64,000 bases of DNA from Sphaerodactylus townsendi (GCF_021028975.2 NC_059428.1:101370001-101434000); one strand, 5' to 3'; positions 24,555 through 37,207 are shown, counted from the first letter of the stretch. The notes: generated from the letters alone by a model not told the origin. A program made the numbers and translations.

Positions 24555-24713
24555 CTTGATCCTTATTTCTTTTTCAGCAATTTTCTTTTGCTTTTCTGCT
24601 TCCTTTCTTTTACGCCGTTCTTCTTCTCTGCGTTTTCGTTTCTCATCTTCCCTTATACGTTTCTTTTCTGATTCTCTCCTCCTTCGTTCTTCCCTTTTCT
24701 CTTCACGTATTCT
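24555..24713 (-). CDS. UPF3A: UPF3A exon 7 (RIREEKREERRRRE...IRIK)
   Basis: 159 nt charged coiled-coil; TAG/GTAAAT. Confidence 0.94.
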
Positions 24714-24807
24714 CTAAAAAAATTGAAAAATCATTTATTTAAATCTGTACAAATATTTCAAAAACTTAAACATAATTATTAAGCTTTAGTGCAAAATACA
24801 AACATAC

Positions 24808-24863
24808 CTGTTTTTCTAATTTTCTATTTTTAATATATTCCAAAAGGGGTGTTGTTCTTCTAG
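24808..24863 (-). CDS. UPF3A: UPF3A exon 6 (ARRTTPLLEYIKNRKLEKQ)
   Basis: UPF3 TTPLL motif; 56 nt; TAG/GTATGT. Confidence 0.95.
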
Positions 24864-25758
24864 CTAAAACACAAAAAATTGTGATGTAGTGTTCCACCTC
24901 TAACATAACTTTTAAAAATCATAAATATTTGCTTTTTTGTCCTTTAGGTTTTATTGCCATGATTAGTAACACACATTGGTTGTTTCATAATGGAAGTATC
25001 GCTATTAAAATGCTCATTAGCCTATCATTGAAAAGTCAGTAATTTCTCATCATGAAGGAGCATTGATATCAGTAAAACTAGACATATCATTATATCTCTG
25101 ATTTTTCATTGAAAACCCAACAACATCTAGAAAAATAATCTTGTATCAATTCCATCTTCTTCCTGGTTGCTGGAATTTTGCATAATCATCAACTCTCATA
25201 CATTTATATTTTTGTAGTTTTTTATTTTTAAATCCTGAGTAAAGATAGACATTTGAGCAAAATACTTGCTACAGATTTGTGCGAAACTTCACAGTAACCA
25301 AGCAATAATAGTTTCTTTGAATACACATTATTGCCTATAGTGTCCAGTTTTAGTGGAAATCTTTGCTCTGCTTTGAAGAAGGAGGTTATACAAAAATAAC
25401 TCTTAGTGGGTCATACACTGTCATTTAAACACTTTAGCTTAAAAGATGCCAGATCATCTTAAATCAGGAATAGGAGCAATCAATCTTACACAAGTCTATG
25501 TAAAATTCTAGTCAGGTCTATTTTGTGGGTCTGTCTCCCAGGAAAGTGTTGTTAGGTTGCACTGCTGTCCTTTCAACAATCCTGTAAGGTTGGCTAGTAT
25601 TGTTATCTCCAAAGCAGAGATGAAGTAATGGCTTGCCAAACACCACTCAGTGAATTCTCAGCTGACCTGACATTTGAACCAAGATTTCTAGTCTTTAGCC
25701 CATAATTTTAACCTCTAAGCTTCTCCAACAAAGCAGTCTTAAGAACACTTTTCTGTAA

Positions 25759-25899
25759 GGCTCATTCTGCACATGCAGAATAATGCACTTTCAAACTGCG
25801 TTCAGTGCTCTTTGAAGCTGTGCGGAATAGCAAAATCCACTTGCAAACAGTTGTGAAAGTGGTTTGAAAACGCATTATTTTGCATGTGTGGAAGGGGCC
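25759..25899. mobile_element. PIF/Harbinger-like MITE, TSD TAA
   Basis: Imperfect TIR GGCTCATTCTGCACATGCAGAATAATGC / GCATTATTTTGCATGTGTGGAAGGGGCC; TAA on both sides; second copy at 57291-57429. Confidence 0.8.
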
Positions 25900-26373
25900 T
25901 AAGTAAGTCCACTGACTAGATTCTGAGTAAATCTGCTGAGGATTTCTCTCTGGTTCTCTCGTCTTCAGCTTTCCACTGACACACAGTAAACAGTTAAGGT
26001 AAAAATGGCCCTAACAACAGTTTTAAGTTCTCAATCTTACATTGTGGATACAAGTATATAAAAACTGAATTATTTTCTTAATGGAATTCTATGGAAGTCA
26101 GATTCATACATTACCAGCACAGTGTGAAAACCCTTGTCAAGCATAATAAGGTACATCCCTGCCTTCCCTCCCTCCCACCCTGTCCCACTGCTACTGAATC
26201 CTTTTTGGAGCCTATCTGTGTGTAGTGTGCTAGCATTCCAATCCTGCTGATGTTAAACAGTAAGCAAGAACTGAAAGATAACAGAAGAAATAACAACCCA
26301 CTAATCTGAATTTTTAACCTCTAAAATCTAACAAATAAGTCAAACAGGGAAGAAAAGAAATACATGAACAGAC

Positions 26374-26484
26374 CAATGAGTTCCCTTGTTTTTGCCTCAA
26401 TCTCTCCCAACAGGGTCTCAGGATTGGCACAGATTTTTTCTTCTTCGACACAATAACTTTCTAAAAATTTTCTGTATTCTGGAT
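26374..26484 (-). CDS. UPF3A: UPF3A exon 5 (DPEYRKFLESYC...KTRELI)
   Basis: 111 nt; CAG/GTCTGT. Confidence 0.95.
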
Positions 26485-26596
26485 CTGTGAAAGAAAAGCA
26501 CAGCATTTACCAATGCATGGTATTTTTTGTTTCCATGAGAAAGCATCACTTAACTGCAATATTAGTACAATGTTTCTGCTAAGAAAATGGGTTTAC

Positions 26597-26695
26597 CATC
26601 TTCTATGCTTCCGGCTTTTGCATCTTTCTTCTTTAGCTTCTTTTTTGAAATCTTTTGGAATGGTGCAAATTCAACCACAGCAGGATACTCTAAGC
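26597..26695 (-). CDS. UPF3A: UPF3A exon 4 (GLEYPAVVEFAPFQKISKKKLKKKDAKAGSIED)
   Basis: UPF3 VEFAPFQK motif; 99 nt, phase 1-1; AAG acceptor. Confidence 0.95.
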
Positions 26696-27847
26696 CTTCA
26701 AAGAGTCACAAATGAATTAAGTGGAGTGGTAAAAGGAAAAAAATATTTTATTACATTTATATTCAGCAAGGTTGTTGTATTGCATACCCTCCCAGGAAAT
26801 CCTGGGAATCCAGTCTGGAATCCCAGTATCAAGTCCTTATTGATACAAATATCAGAAGAAAACAGTCACTGCCTAGGTTGGACATTTATTATACCCAACA
26901 AATATAAACTGCAGAAACAGTCTTTCAAACATATAGCCAGTTAGCATGTAGATGCACATGTAGGTCTGGGTCTGCACTGTGATGCTTCTTTGACTTCCAC
27001 GAATTTGGCAGGATATGCCTGTGGATGTCGATGCAAATTTACCCCTCCAAGGTCATTAATGTTGCCTATAAATGCTTTGCAGCTAGATTGTGTATCACTA
27101 GAACTGGATCAATGCCTTCATAAGCCTACATTTACATTTATTTTAATTTGGCAGAAAAAATAATGCAGCTCAGAGGAAAAAATTAATCAACACAGATGCT
27201 ATCACAGGAAGTTCAATCAGAGTACAATGGGATCTGCATTTTAAAATGATCCATTCCATTTTGTGAAATTCACATAAAGCTCAGTGGGATTTTCTCTACT
27301 ACAAACTTTATTACCTAAGTTATCTGCTAATCCTACCAGGTTTCCAATTCAAAATGCCCCTCGGGGGAGGGTGGTATAAAAATGCAACCAATAAATAAAT
27401 AAATAAAATGTAAACCTTCAGAGCACTTCACTTAAAGTCACTTCCAGCCACATAGCTGTGGATTTTATGACTGGAAGTAAGTAGCAAAGATAACCAAGAG
27501 TAAGATCACTGCTTATGGAAGTACAGTGTAGCAACCAATGAAAACTCATCCCTGCATGAGATTCTAGAAGTCTAGAACTGTGCCATAACTCAGAGTAATG
27601 CAGCATTCTGGAGAACTGAAAACAAGAATTTGCTAGAATTGATTATAACACCAAATGTAGCACCCCTGACAAGGTAAACCTCTGGCAGGACTAAACTGTC
27701 CCCAGAACTTTTGAAAAATGTGTACAACGTTTTGTTTTGGCTAAAGTAGCTACTGTAATGACACCTTCATGGACTTTTAATACCCCATGGGCTATTAGAA
27801 TTAATGGTGGGGTTCACAGGATCATGTCCACCACAATTATGAATTAC

Positions 27848-27954
27848 CTTTGTTGTCAATGAAGACATAGCCATCAAAACGATCTCTAAAAAGAAGGATG
27901 TCATCAGGATTTCTAAAATTAATATATGCTCTTGAGTAGAGGTGAGGATAAAGA
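27848..27954 (-). CDS. UPF3A: UPF3A exon 3 (SLYPHLYSRAYINFRNPDDILLFRDRFDGYVFIDNK)
   Basis: RRM-like UPF2-binding domain; 107 nt. Confidence 0.96.
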
Positions 27955-29085
27955 CTGCAACAAGAGTACATATATCTTCAGTTATTTGTTTTTCAAAGAA
28001 AAGGGAAGTTAGAAATAGAAATATTCTATTTAATCTTTTCTGAAAAAGAATTGATCACACTTGCATAGCAAGGAATGCAAGGCACATTCACATGTATCCC
28101 ACAAACTCCAAATGAAAGAGAGAGGTTCCTTTTATAATGAACTCCTTCCAGCCATGGGCTGCAGTCCTACATTACGCAGGCAAAGACAGCTGGAAGTGTA
28201 ATGTGCTGTCCTGTCAACCACCATGCTGCTGTTGTACACAGCATATCACTGCTGTCCAGGTATGTTAGGAGTGAAGCCATCCATTCACTTTCAGTCAACA
28301 TTCTCCTGAACCTTATCCCAGGCTATGGCAGCTCCACTTCTGCTGGAAATAGTTTGCACACAAAGGGCCAAAGAAACAGGATAGCAGATGAAGGTTACAA
28401 ATGGAAGGGCCTTGACTGCAATTAAATTGGATTATGGTGTTGCAGTTTCCTGCGTATACTGGGGTAAAGATTAATTTTTAATGCAAAACACTCTGAGCTT
28501 TGAAAAAGATATGTACGAATGTCTTCAACAAACAGAAATACAGTGGTGCAGACAGATATATAGGAGGGCATTTCTGACAAGCTGAAAAACTGATTCCTTC
28601 CTTGGTTGGCCCTCTCATCTGCAGGGACAATTGTGAGTGCTTGTCCTAGTTAGCAATATCAGACATTAGGACAGATACACAGGAACTTCTGTATAAGTGT
28701 TTAGAAGTCACTGTTTTAAGAGGGTATTGAGTGATCTAGTTCTAGATATCCAAAAACACATATGCAACAAGACTGTGGCTCTAATAGCCAGAACATTAAA
28801 AATGATCTATTCAAAGTTTAGTGTGCTACACCCACCAATAGGAAGAGGTGCATGCTACTGCCATGCATCTAGGAAATGCAAGGCAAAAAAATGCACCACA
28901 CCTATACATCACATTTATTCGTTTATTTAAAATGCATAAATATATTTTTTCAATGCTGTGTGAAAAAGTATCTTTATATTTTCATTTTGAAAATGTACAG
29001 TGCCAGAAATCAAATTATGTTGCTAATATATTTGCTAATATGCCAACAAAAACTGCTTCTACAGAGATGCTAACCAAGATCTCAC

Positions 29086-29192
29086 CTGGGATCAGACGTA
29101 CAAAATTCAAAATAATCATGAGCAGGAAGTGGATGGAGCTGTTCCTCCAGCTGTTCCTTGGTAAAGCTAGGAGGTAGCCGGCGTATAACTAC
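29086..29192 (-). CDS. UPF3A: UPF3A exon 2 (VVIRRLPPSFTKEQLEEQLHPLPAHDYFEF...)
   Basis: Smg4/UPF3 domain start; 107 nt; CAG/GTGAG. Confidence 0.96.
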
Positions 29193-29489
29193 CTGCAACG
29201 TATCAATGCAGAAGAGAGAGTACAGCATACTCAGGTCACATCCCAATATCTGAAATACTACCATAACAAATATATTATATTAAGTGTTTCCTGTAGTAAT
29301 ATTGATTTCTACAGTAAGCTTAAATGGCACAGAAATGTACAGTCTGCATGTTATTCACCCATTCCTGGGTGCCATCCTTCTTCATACTGCCTATCACCAG
29401 TATTTGATTTACCTTCAGTATTCCAGTTTGAACTGCATCAGATAGCTTTTAATCTATGCTTGAATTCTTTTTTTGGGTTTCATCTAGAC

Positions 29490-29895
29490 CAGGGGTAGGG
29501 AACCTGCGGCTCGAGAGCTGCATGCCGCTCTTCTGCCCTTGCACTGTGGCTCCATGAGCCAAGCTGCCGGCCCCATCCTTGCCCGCCCTGCAGGCAACAG
29601 GGCGGGTGCACCAACTGCTTCCCCTCTCGCCCGCCCTGTTGGAGTGGGGCGGGCGCTTTCCCAGCGGCCGGCGAGGGCGAGCTGCTGGCTTCATCCTTGC
29701 CCGCCCTGCAGGCAGCAGGGCGGGCGCATCCGTGCACTTCTCAGAATGAGCGGAGTAAAAGGTAAAAAAACCGCAATATATATAGTGTTATCTTTATTTT
29801 AAATGTCAAAAATTATTTGCGGCTCCAAGTGTTTTCTTTTCCCGTGGAAAACGGGTCCAAATGGCTCTTTGAGTGTTAAAGGTTCCCGACCCCTG
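29490..29895. mobile_element. Non-autonomous hAT (Charlie/Buster-group) element
   Basis: TIR CAGGGGTAGGGAACCT / AGGTTCCCGACCCCTG; TSD ATCTAGAC / AGCTAGAC. Confidence 0.88.
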
Positions 29896-30339
29896 AGCTA
29901 GACTGTGAAATGTGTGGATGGTGACAACTATTGATTGCCAATTTGCTGTGGAAGCTGGAAGCTCCCAAAGGAGGCCAAGCCATGTCTCTGACCAGGGTCC
30001 TGAACTCAATCTACCCAGGGTACCAGACTGCCTGCAGGCACAAATCCCAAAGCTCCGTTCTTCTGCCACCTGTACAAATAAACGGGAGGTTGGTGGTCTC
30101 CTTTTCCCCTCTGCAACTGACTCCCTCGGGTGGCCCTCTGCAATTTCTCCCTCCCGTTTAAAAATCAACACAATGTTATTCCAGTATAATCGTCCACGGA
30201 CTACCCCCCACTTCTTCAACCGTGAATCACTTCGGGTTCATTTTATGCACCAGACATCGGGGACACAAGATAGCGGTGTCAAGGGATCATGTAACCTCAT
30301 CCAAATCTCCTAAACAAAATGAATGCAATAAATGGCGCC

Positions 30340-31000
30340 TGTCGAAGTGGATTCCAGGCCCTCGAGAGCTTCGGATCTTCAAGCGTCGGATCTTTAAGGC
30401 GCCACAAGAGTCCTGGTCTCTCCCCCCCCCCCCCCCGCCCGCCTTTGCCACAGACTTCCTCGGGTAGCCCTCTGCAATTCCTCCCTCCCCCGTCGTCCAG
30501 CGCGCGCTTCCCTCCTCCCACGAGGCCCCTCCCTCTCTCCCTCGCGCTGTCCCTGGTGCTGGAGGAGAGCCCCTCCCCCACCCTTCGCCGGCTCCTCACT
30601 TTGCTCAGCGTCGCTCTTTTCTCCTCGCGCTGTGGTTTGCCCGGCAGCGCCAGGTTGGAAGGCGGCGGGGGAGGAAGAGGGGGCGGCGGGGGCGGCCCCG
30701 GGGACGGCGGAGGGGTGTCCGGCACACGACGCGGGGACTCCCGCTGAGCCTCCATGGCCCTGGCGTGCGAAGGACAGAAATGACAGCTTCTCGCCAGCCT
30801 CCAACGGTGTCGGCAACGCTGCGCGTCAACGCCCGCTCTGTCCCCCCCACCCTTTCTCCCCCAGCCCTCATCCAACCGCCTGCCCGAACTCTCGCGAGAA
30901 CGCCCGCCTCGCTCCGAGAGGGTCTCGTGAAAAAGGGGGAGCCAACAGCTGGAGAATCAACAGCAGGAGAGCCTCTCCTCAGCCCACGGCTGCCCATAGT
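30340..31000. promoter_or_regulatory. UPF3A CpG-island promoter with TCTCGCGAGA (BANP/ZBTB33-type) motif at 30890-30899
   Basis: High GC and CpG density around exon 1; perfect palindrome 135 nt upstream of the ATG. Confidence 0.8.
30600..30755 (-). CDS. UPF3A: UPF3A exon 1 (MEAQRESPRR...PQREEKRATLSK), Pro-rich N-terminus
   Basis: Strong Kozak GCCATGG; REEKR..LSK as in UPF3A; GTGAGG donor; total CDS 1413 nt = 470 aa. Confidence 0.9.
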
Positions 31001-31577
31001 TCGTCCTTCTAGCTAGCAGTTCCCTTGCTTTATTCCGTTACTCAAATGCAGAGCTCTGTAGACGGTTTGCCCTTTGTTAGGTCTCGATCCTTGAATCAAT
31101 AAACAGGCTCTGGACTGGACTGTTGGATCAGTAGCGTTTAGTGGAAAGGTAACGAAGCAACCAACTTGCAAGAAGCCAGTTCTGCCAGACCTGGCTTTTG
31201 CGACCCCCTTTATCCAGAGACAATCCCCCCTCCCGTTTTCTCAAAGAAGGGGGGAGCCTAAGCACCCCGAGGCCACCGACAGATACAGATAAAGCCACCT
31301 GGCCTCCTGGCCCCACAGAACAGCGGAAACATCCCATTTCCTATCGGAGTAAAGAGTGTCAGGGAGAAGCCTAGTTATCTACCAGGCGTGTGAAAACAAG
31401 CAAGTAAGATCAAGGAAAGAATGTTCCATTACTGCAGTGGTAACATTTAGCAGGCCAAGTTCATTTCTCAAAGTAGTTACATTGACAGGAATGAATCTCA
31501 ATCAACTAGCTAGAATCACTGTCTATATATTATGTAGCCATGGCCTGGATTCAGGAATGCAACTCAATCAACTAGGT

Positions 31578-32111
31578 CAGTGATGGCGAACCTTTTTGAG
31601 ACCAAGTGCCCAAACTGCAACCCAAAACCCACTTATTTATCACAAAGTGCCAACACAGCAATTTAACCTGAATACTGAGGTTTTAGTTGAGAAAAAATGG
31701 TTGGCGCTGAGGCATGCGTTACTCGGGAGTAAGCTTGGTGGTAGTTGATGGCTTTGCTTTGAAGCAACCTTGCAACTCTTCCAACGGGTGAATCACGAAC
31801 CTAGGAGGGTTTACTCAGAAGCAAGCCCCATTGCCAGCAACCGAGTCTACTCCCAGGTAAAGGATCGCGCTTTAGTTCTTTGCATGAAAATCAGTGGGGT
31901 TTAACAGCGCTTAACAGGATTACCTACACCGCTTCCCCAAAACTGGGTCTTAGGTTTAATGCTAATAATCGAGCCCAGCGGCCCAGGCCAGCCTAGATGT
32001 GTGTGGGAGGGGGGAATTTCCCCTCCACACGATGAACTCTTTTTGTGCGTGCCCACAGAGAGGGCTCTGAGTGCCACCTCTGGCACCCGTGCCACAGGTT
32101 CGCCATCACTG
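31578..32111. mobile_element. Non-autonomous hAT element, TIR CAGTGATGGCGAACCT, perfect TSD AACTAGGT
   Basis: 16-bp perfect TIRs; TSD at 31570-31577 and 32112-32119. Confidence 0.93.
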
Positions 32112-33224
32112 AACTAGGTGCCATCCCGGACACCCTTCTGGTGAATTGATTCCCCTGGTGCTCAAGATGCTTCTCCGTCTTCTGTTTCGCGCCTCATTAA
32201 GTCTATTCCCATGTCCATTGTATTGTTCTAGATAGAATTAGAGAAAATCACTGACTACTGTGTGGGCAATGATGCCAAGGGCAAGAAGTCTGGAACATCT
32301 TCCGCAAGAGGTGCATAGAAATAGGTAGACATCCTATATAGAAATCCTGTGCTGTCTTTGCTAATGCCTCTAAGAACAGCAGGGGTTTAAAATAATTTAT
32401 CTTGTAGAGTTAAGTATAACATGATAAACAGCCAGTGAAAATCCATTCTATTAAAAACCATGGTTTGCACAGGCAGACTTATTCTGAAGGGACCTGATTT
32501 TAGGAAGCTTTACAATGTCTCTCCGCCATCCCAACACTACTTAAAATCAAACTTTCTTCATAAAATGGCTTATCTCAATATGCACAAAATGTTTCAAAGA
32601 CATTTCCAAAAGCTGGTTCAGGGCAGAAGCAATGGGCTCTACATCTATTCATAAAAAGGCTAATATAATTCCCTATCCTCCACAGCCTGCAACATTCTCT
32701 GTAAAATTAAGGAATAAGTGAGATTTTAGGAATATTTACTTGATTTAATCCACCATAACGATTAACCTTCGGGAAACAAACAAAAAATTACACGCAAATC
32801 CTTTGATATATACAACTTTTTGTTGGCTTAAATGTCTTTTTTATCATTTATATTTAATTTTAAGCTTAATTTTTATATAGAACCAGAAGCATTCAGGTAG
32901 CAGCAGTCATAATGCTTCCTATTTATTGGATGTGCTCACTGTATTCCAATTATGTAATGAATCTTGTTCCTCATTTGCAAAATGCCATATTCAGATAAAA
33001 ATACTAAATGGATTTAAAATTTGGATCAAATGGTTCTCTAACAAAGATGACTTCCTTGTTCATTTGCCTATTCCTGGTGGGTGGGTTTGCTTTGTTGACT
33101 ATGAGGGAAGGCTAATTTAAGAACCACTGCAGTAACTTTTACAGTGTTGTCCATTTATTTATTTTACTTATTTCTTCGACTTTTATACCGCCCACCCCCG
33201 GAGGGCTCTGGTCTGGGTCTGCAT

Positions 33225-33521
33225 TGGAGGGAGAGGGGAAGGGTGGCATGCAAGGGAAGGGAGTGAGGGGTGGCATGCAAGGGAGAGGAGGAAAGGGGAG
33301 GGGGCCCAGCATCTGGACATGGCCCACCCACCCTAGCGGAGGGAGGGAGAGGGGAGGGAAGGGTGGCATGCAAGGGAAGGGAGGGAGTGAGGGGTGGCAT
33401 GTAAGGGAAAGGGAAGAAAGGGCAGGGCCCCCAGCATCTGGACATGGCTCACCCACCCTAGTGAAGGGAGGGAGAGGGAGGGGTGGCATGCAAGGGAAGG
33501 GGAGGGAGTGGTGGCATGCAA
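33225..33521. repeat. G-rich minisatellite (unit ~GGGTGGCATGCAAGGGAAGGGAG) with higher-order duplication
   Basis: Six GTGGCATG units; spacer CCCAGCATCTGGACATGGC..ACCCACCCTAG occurs twice. Confidence 0.85.
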
Positions 33522-34148
33522 AGGACTCCAACCTAGAACCTTACATAAAATGTCCTCTAGGAACAGTCCTCTGAAACAGTTCCTACAAACTATACATTTC
33601 ATCACTGTCTTCCTCATTGTCAACACAGACCTGCAAGATATATCATGCTTTGTCGATGCCTCGAGATTGTTCTACTTCTATTCCATCCCAGCAGAAAATG
33701 TAATATTCAAGCATTGGAGTTTGGCTCAAATTACTGCATTCTGTTTATTTTATCACACTGTTAATATAGCCAGCTCAACTTGTACTTTTTAATTTGGATG
33801 CAGAGTTTTCCTTTGGGGTCATTCAGACTTACCTGCCCTTTCCCTGACCCTTGTTCAAGTCAGATTTCTTGGTAACTCTCAGCTTAAGTGTTCCCATGAA
33901 CTATTTCCTCAATTTCAACACATGCCTGGACTCATCTTAGAATTTTCCCCAGTCACCCCTTAAACCTTTGCAGTACAGCCACACTTGAATTTTCATTTAA
34001 CTGGGAATCCTCAATGAGACCTGACACATTTATCTGCCAGGCAATCAGGATGGAGAAACAGTAAAAAAGCTACAAGTGAGGACAAATATAGGACAAAAAG
34101 AGAACTCTTGAGCATTTGTGCCCATGCTTTAAGAAGACTTAGCAACAA

Positions 34149-34154
34149 TTTAAT
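34149..34154 (-). terminator. Candidate CDC16 polyadenylation signal ATTAAA
   Basis: ~470 nt after the stop with U/GU-rich sequence downstream; alternative AATAAA at 33744-33749. Confidence 0.45.
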
Positions 34155-34621
34155 GAAATTAAATCAACTGATAAAAATTGTTTTTCACAAATGTCTGTAA
34201 TGGTTGGACAAAGTAATGAAAACACCAATTCTGTTTTGGAGAATAAAATATACAGTATCAAAATCTTGTGACAAATATTTAGCACTGAAATCTAGAGTAG
34301 GACAGCCAAAGCAATAATTCCCCAGCTTTTGGGCACACAGGAACTGTAAATCAAGAACATTTTTAAATATCTTTTAAACATTCACAGTTTCAACAATAGC
34401 AGTCACAGGATGAAGTGAATAGTTTTTAAAAGTGTAAGATTATTTTGCAGAATAAAATTGGTACATTTCTTATGAGCAAATATTATCACAGTCTTGAACA
34501 GTTCTCTTGACATCAGAGAAGTGGTTTGTAACTATATAAAAATAGCAGATCCCTAAAAGGACGAATTGACAAAAATGCTCAATACTTTGCATGATGGTAA
34601 ATCTGCTTCAGTGTTTTAGAG

Positions 34622-34887
34622 TCACGTACTGTGATCTGACATTGATGTTTCTAGCATCATGTCGCTTTCATTCATTTCTATTTCAAAAGCTTCGTCTAAT
34701 GGAGGAGGTGCTTCTGTAGTTTTCCTCTGATGTGGTGCTTCAAGGGCCATGATGCTATTTTCTTCTAGAGTTTGCCTTTCTATATCAAATTCCAGTACAT
34801 CCCACGCAGGTGAAATGATGTTCTTCAGGGTCTTCATTGTATGCACATCAAAGTCATAGCACCTTAATCTATCCTTGATTGCAGTTC
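34622..34887 (-). CDS. CDC16: CDC16 exon 18 (...FEIEMNESDMMLETSMSDHST*)
   Basis: C-terminus matches vertebrate CDC16; TAG acceptor; total CDS 1872 nt = 623 aa. Confidence 0.96.
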
Positions 34888-35861
34888 CTAAAAGAGATTT
34901 TCTAGGTTAATGTTGTTGATGTATGTAGTTAATCTGTGCCATTAGATGACCTCCTTTAGAGCACAATTTCAATCCACTGCAGAAGAAACTTAATACAAGG
35001 TTTGCCATACATAGTTCATTACTCAACTCCTGAGGATTTTAATCCAATTCATTATATGTCTGTAATTTGCATTACAGTGAAGTCCTTTTACTGGTATTCG
35101 CTACATGAAATTGCTTTCAATCTCCTGTCTGGTAATGAAGTTCACCTCTCTCTGACAGTTGCCAAATATCTGTTGGCTGTACTAAAAATTCAAGCTACCA
35201 TCACTAACTCAGTGCCTGTGGTTCTGTGGATATTTTAACTGTAATTTTATTTTGCTATCTTAAAATATATATTTAATATTTTCTCCAAATCAATGAATAT
35301 TCCTTCTGCAATGTATTTTAATTATTGTCATTATTTTGTCTAAAAGCCTGTGTGGCTATATATAGACTTCCTTGAATAAATTAATAAAATGAATAAGTTC
35401 CTTTAAATGTCATCATCAATAGTAGCTTCTGGCAATCATTTACACTGGCATCTAAATGTAAGGTTGTACCTGAAGTACTGCCAGCAAAACTTGGCTTGTG
35501 AAACAGACCTTTCCCTCCCTCCCTCCGCATTCTACTGCACCCTCTGAAATACTGTCCATACTTTAAGGGACCCCCCCCCCCCACACTTCCCTAATAACAG
35601 AACTGGGTCTAAGGATGTCTGCTGTAGAAGGGAGTGGGAGAAATCAGGAAAAGTTATAGTCACTCCTTCCCTTGATGGAAGCATCCTTCTCCCAAGCTTC
35701 TCCCCACCCCAGCATTCAATTCAACCTGATAATTTATATTCAGAATGGGATGTTCACTGCCTTAAATCCGAGTGAGAGAGGCAGGCTATAAAGAACATAA
35801 ATAAATAAAATTTGAATTGCTAGCTGTTAGAAAAGTTAGGACAATAAAATGACAAACTTAC

Positions 35862-35952
35862 CAATGTAAGCTTCAGAATCACCAATATACATTTCAATGC
35901 AATGTCCAAGCATGGTAACTGAAAAGGTATCATCCCTCCTAAGACCAAGGGC
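35862..35952 (-). CDS. CDC16: CDC16 exon 17 (ALGLRRDDTFSVTMLGHCIEMYIGDSEAYI)
   Basis: 91 nt, CAG/GTAAGT. Confidence 0.96.
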
Positions 35953-36066
35953 CTGTTGTTTTTTCAAAAAATTATAAAATAAACAGGGAATATATTACTT
36001 TAAAATCTCTATAACCCAGAAGACACTGCAATAAATAATTCTGCCATAAACAAAGAATGCACCTAC

Positions 36067-36202
36067 TGTATGAAAATAATCAATGGCACTTTCAAAGTTT
36101 CCCATCAAACTATATATATATCCAATGGCAGAATATGTAGAAGCATTCTGAGGAATCAGTACTAGAGCTTGGCGATGATATTCAAGAGCTTCTTCATACT
36201 TC
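36067..36202 (-). CDS. CDC16: CDC16 exon 16 (KYEEALEYHRQAL...DYFHT), TPR
   Basis: 136 nt, CAG/GTAGGT. Confidence 0.96.
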
Positions 36203-36716
36203 CTGTTAATGTATTAAAATGAATAAAAAATTAATATCACTTTTCATACACAACACACCCACAAGTGCCAGTATCAAAATGTCTGAATATTCAATATCAA
36301 AAAGTGACACTATTTTACAGTAATATTTTTTCCAATATCATGTTTCTGATCGTAACAAAAAACTCTAGGAGGAGGAAGCACATTGGGCAGATATTTGGCC
36401 ACAACACACACATAAAATACTCCAGGTAAGATTAAAGTAAACAGATGAAAATAAGTTGTAAGAAAGGGGGTAAGGTGAATCATAGAACAACGGTAGCTGT
36501 GTGCTTTTAAGAACAGCTCTCGCTTGGACCAACAGAAAAACTTGGAAATATACCAGCATGGACCAGCAGTGTCCATGGAAAACTCACATATGTGATGATC
36601 TCATGGATGCAGAAATTACAAGTCAACAAATGTCTCAGGCTTTACAAACTAGGATTCAATGTTAGTAAGGGGAAATAATTCAAATAATCATCAAAACATC
36701 TCGTTTTCCCACTTAC

Positions 36717-36778
36717 TCGAGTTTCCTGCACACATGTCCTAAGTTATTCAATAAAGGTTCCCACTTATCAACTGTCAC
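36717..36778 (-). CDS. CDC16: CDC16 exon 15 (VTVDKWEPLLNNLGHVCRKL)
   Basis: 62 nt, CAG/GTAAGT. Confidence 0.96.
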
Positions 36779-37207
36779 CTGCAAGATAAAGCAAAAATCA
36801 CGTCTAGATCAAAGTTTAGAATGTTTATCTTTCAAGAAGAATCCAGGTGCAGAAAGTCAGGTAATCCACGAGACACTTTTTGAATAACAAACCTCTGAAA
36901 TAGCATATTGTATGAAAACAGTTCCTATTTAGATAATAAAGCTAGGTGCTGAAAAATATACTGATGCCCCATCCCCAAAAGATGACTGGGGAAGACAATG
37001 GCAAACCACCCCATAAACATAGTCTGCATAGTAAATGTTGGGATGCGACATTACTCCACGAGTCAGTAATGTTCCAATTTTGCTCAGGAAACTACCCATA
37101 CCTTAAAAACCTTTTTTAAAAAGTGTACTCAATGGGATTTTGTTTTGTATTATTTTTTAATGGTGCGCATATACACACATGCCTTTGTCACATCACAGAT
37201 TACTGCA

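Noticed and set aside
30297-31016. Cluster of long overlapping ORFs around UPF3A exon 1
   Set aside because: Stop-poor GC-rich CpG island; only the frame from ATG 30755 splices into UPF3A
33139-33792. Pro/Gly-rich ORFs on both strands
   Set aside because: Translations of the minisatellite
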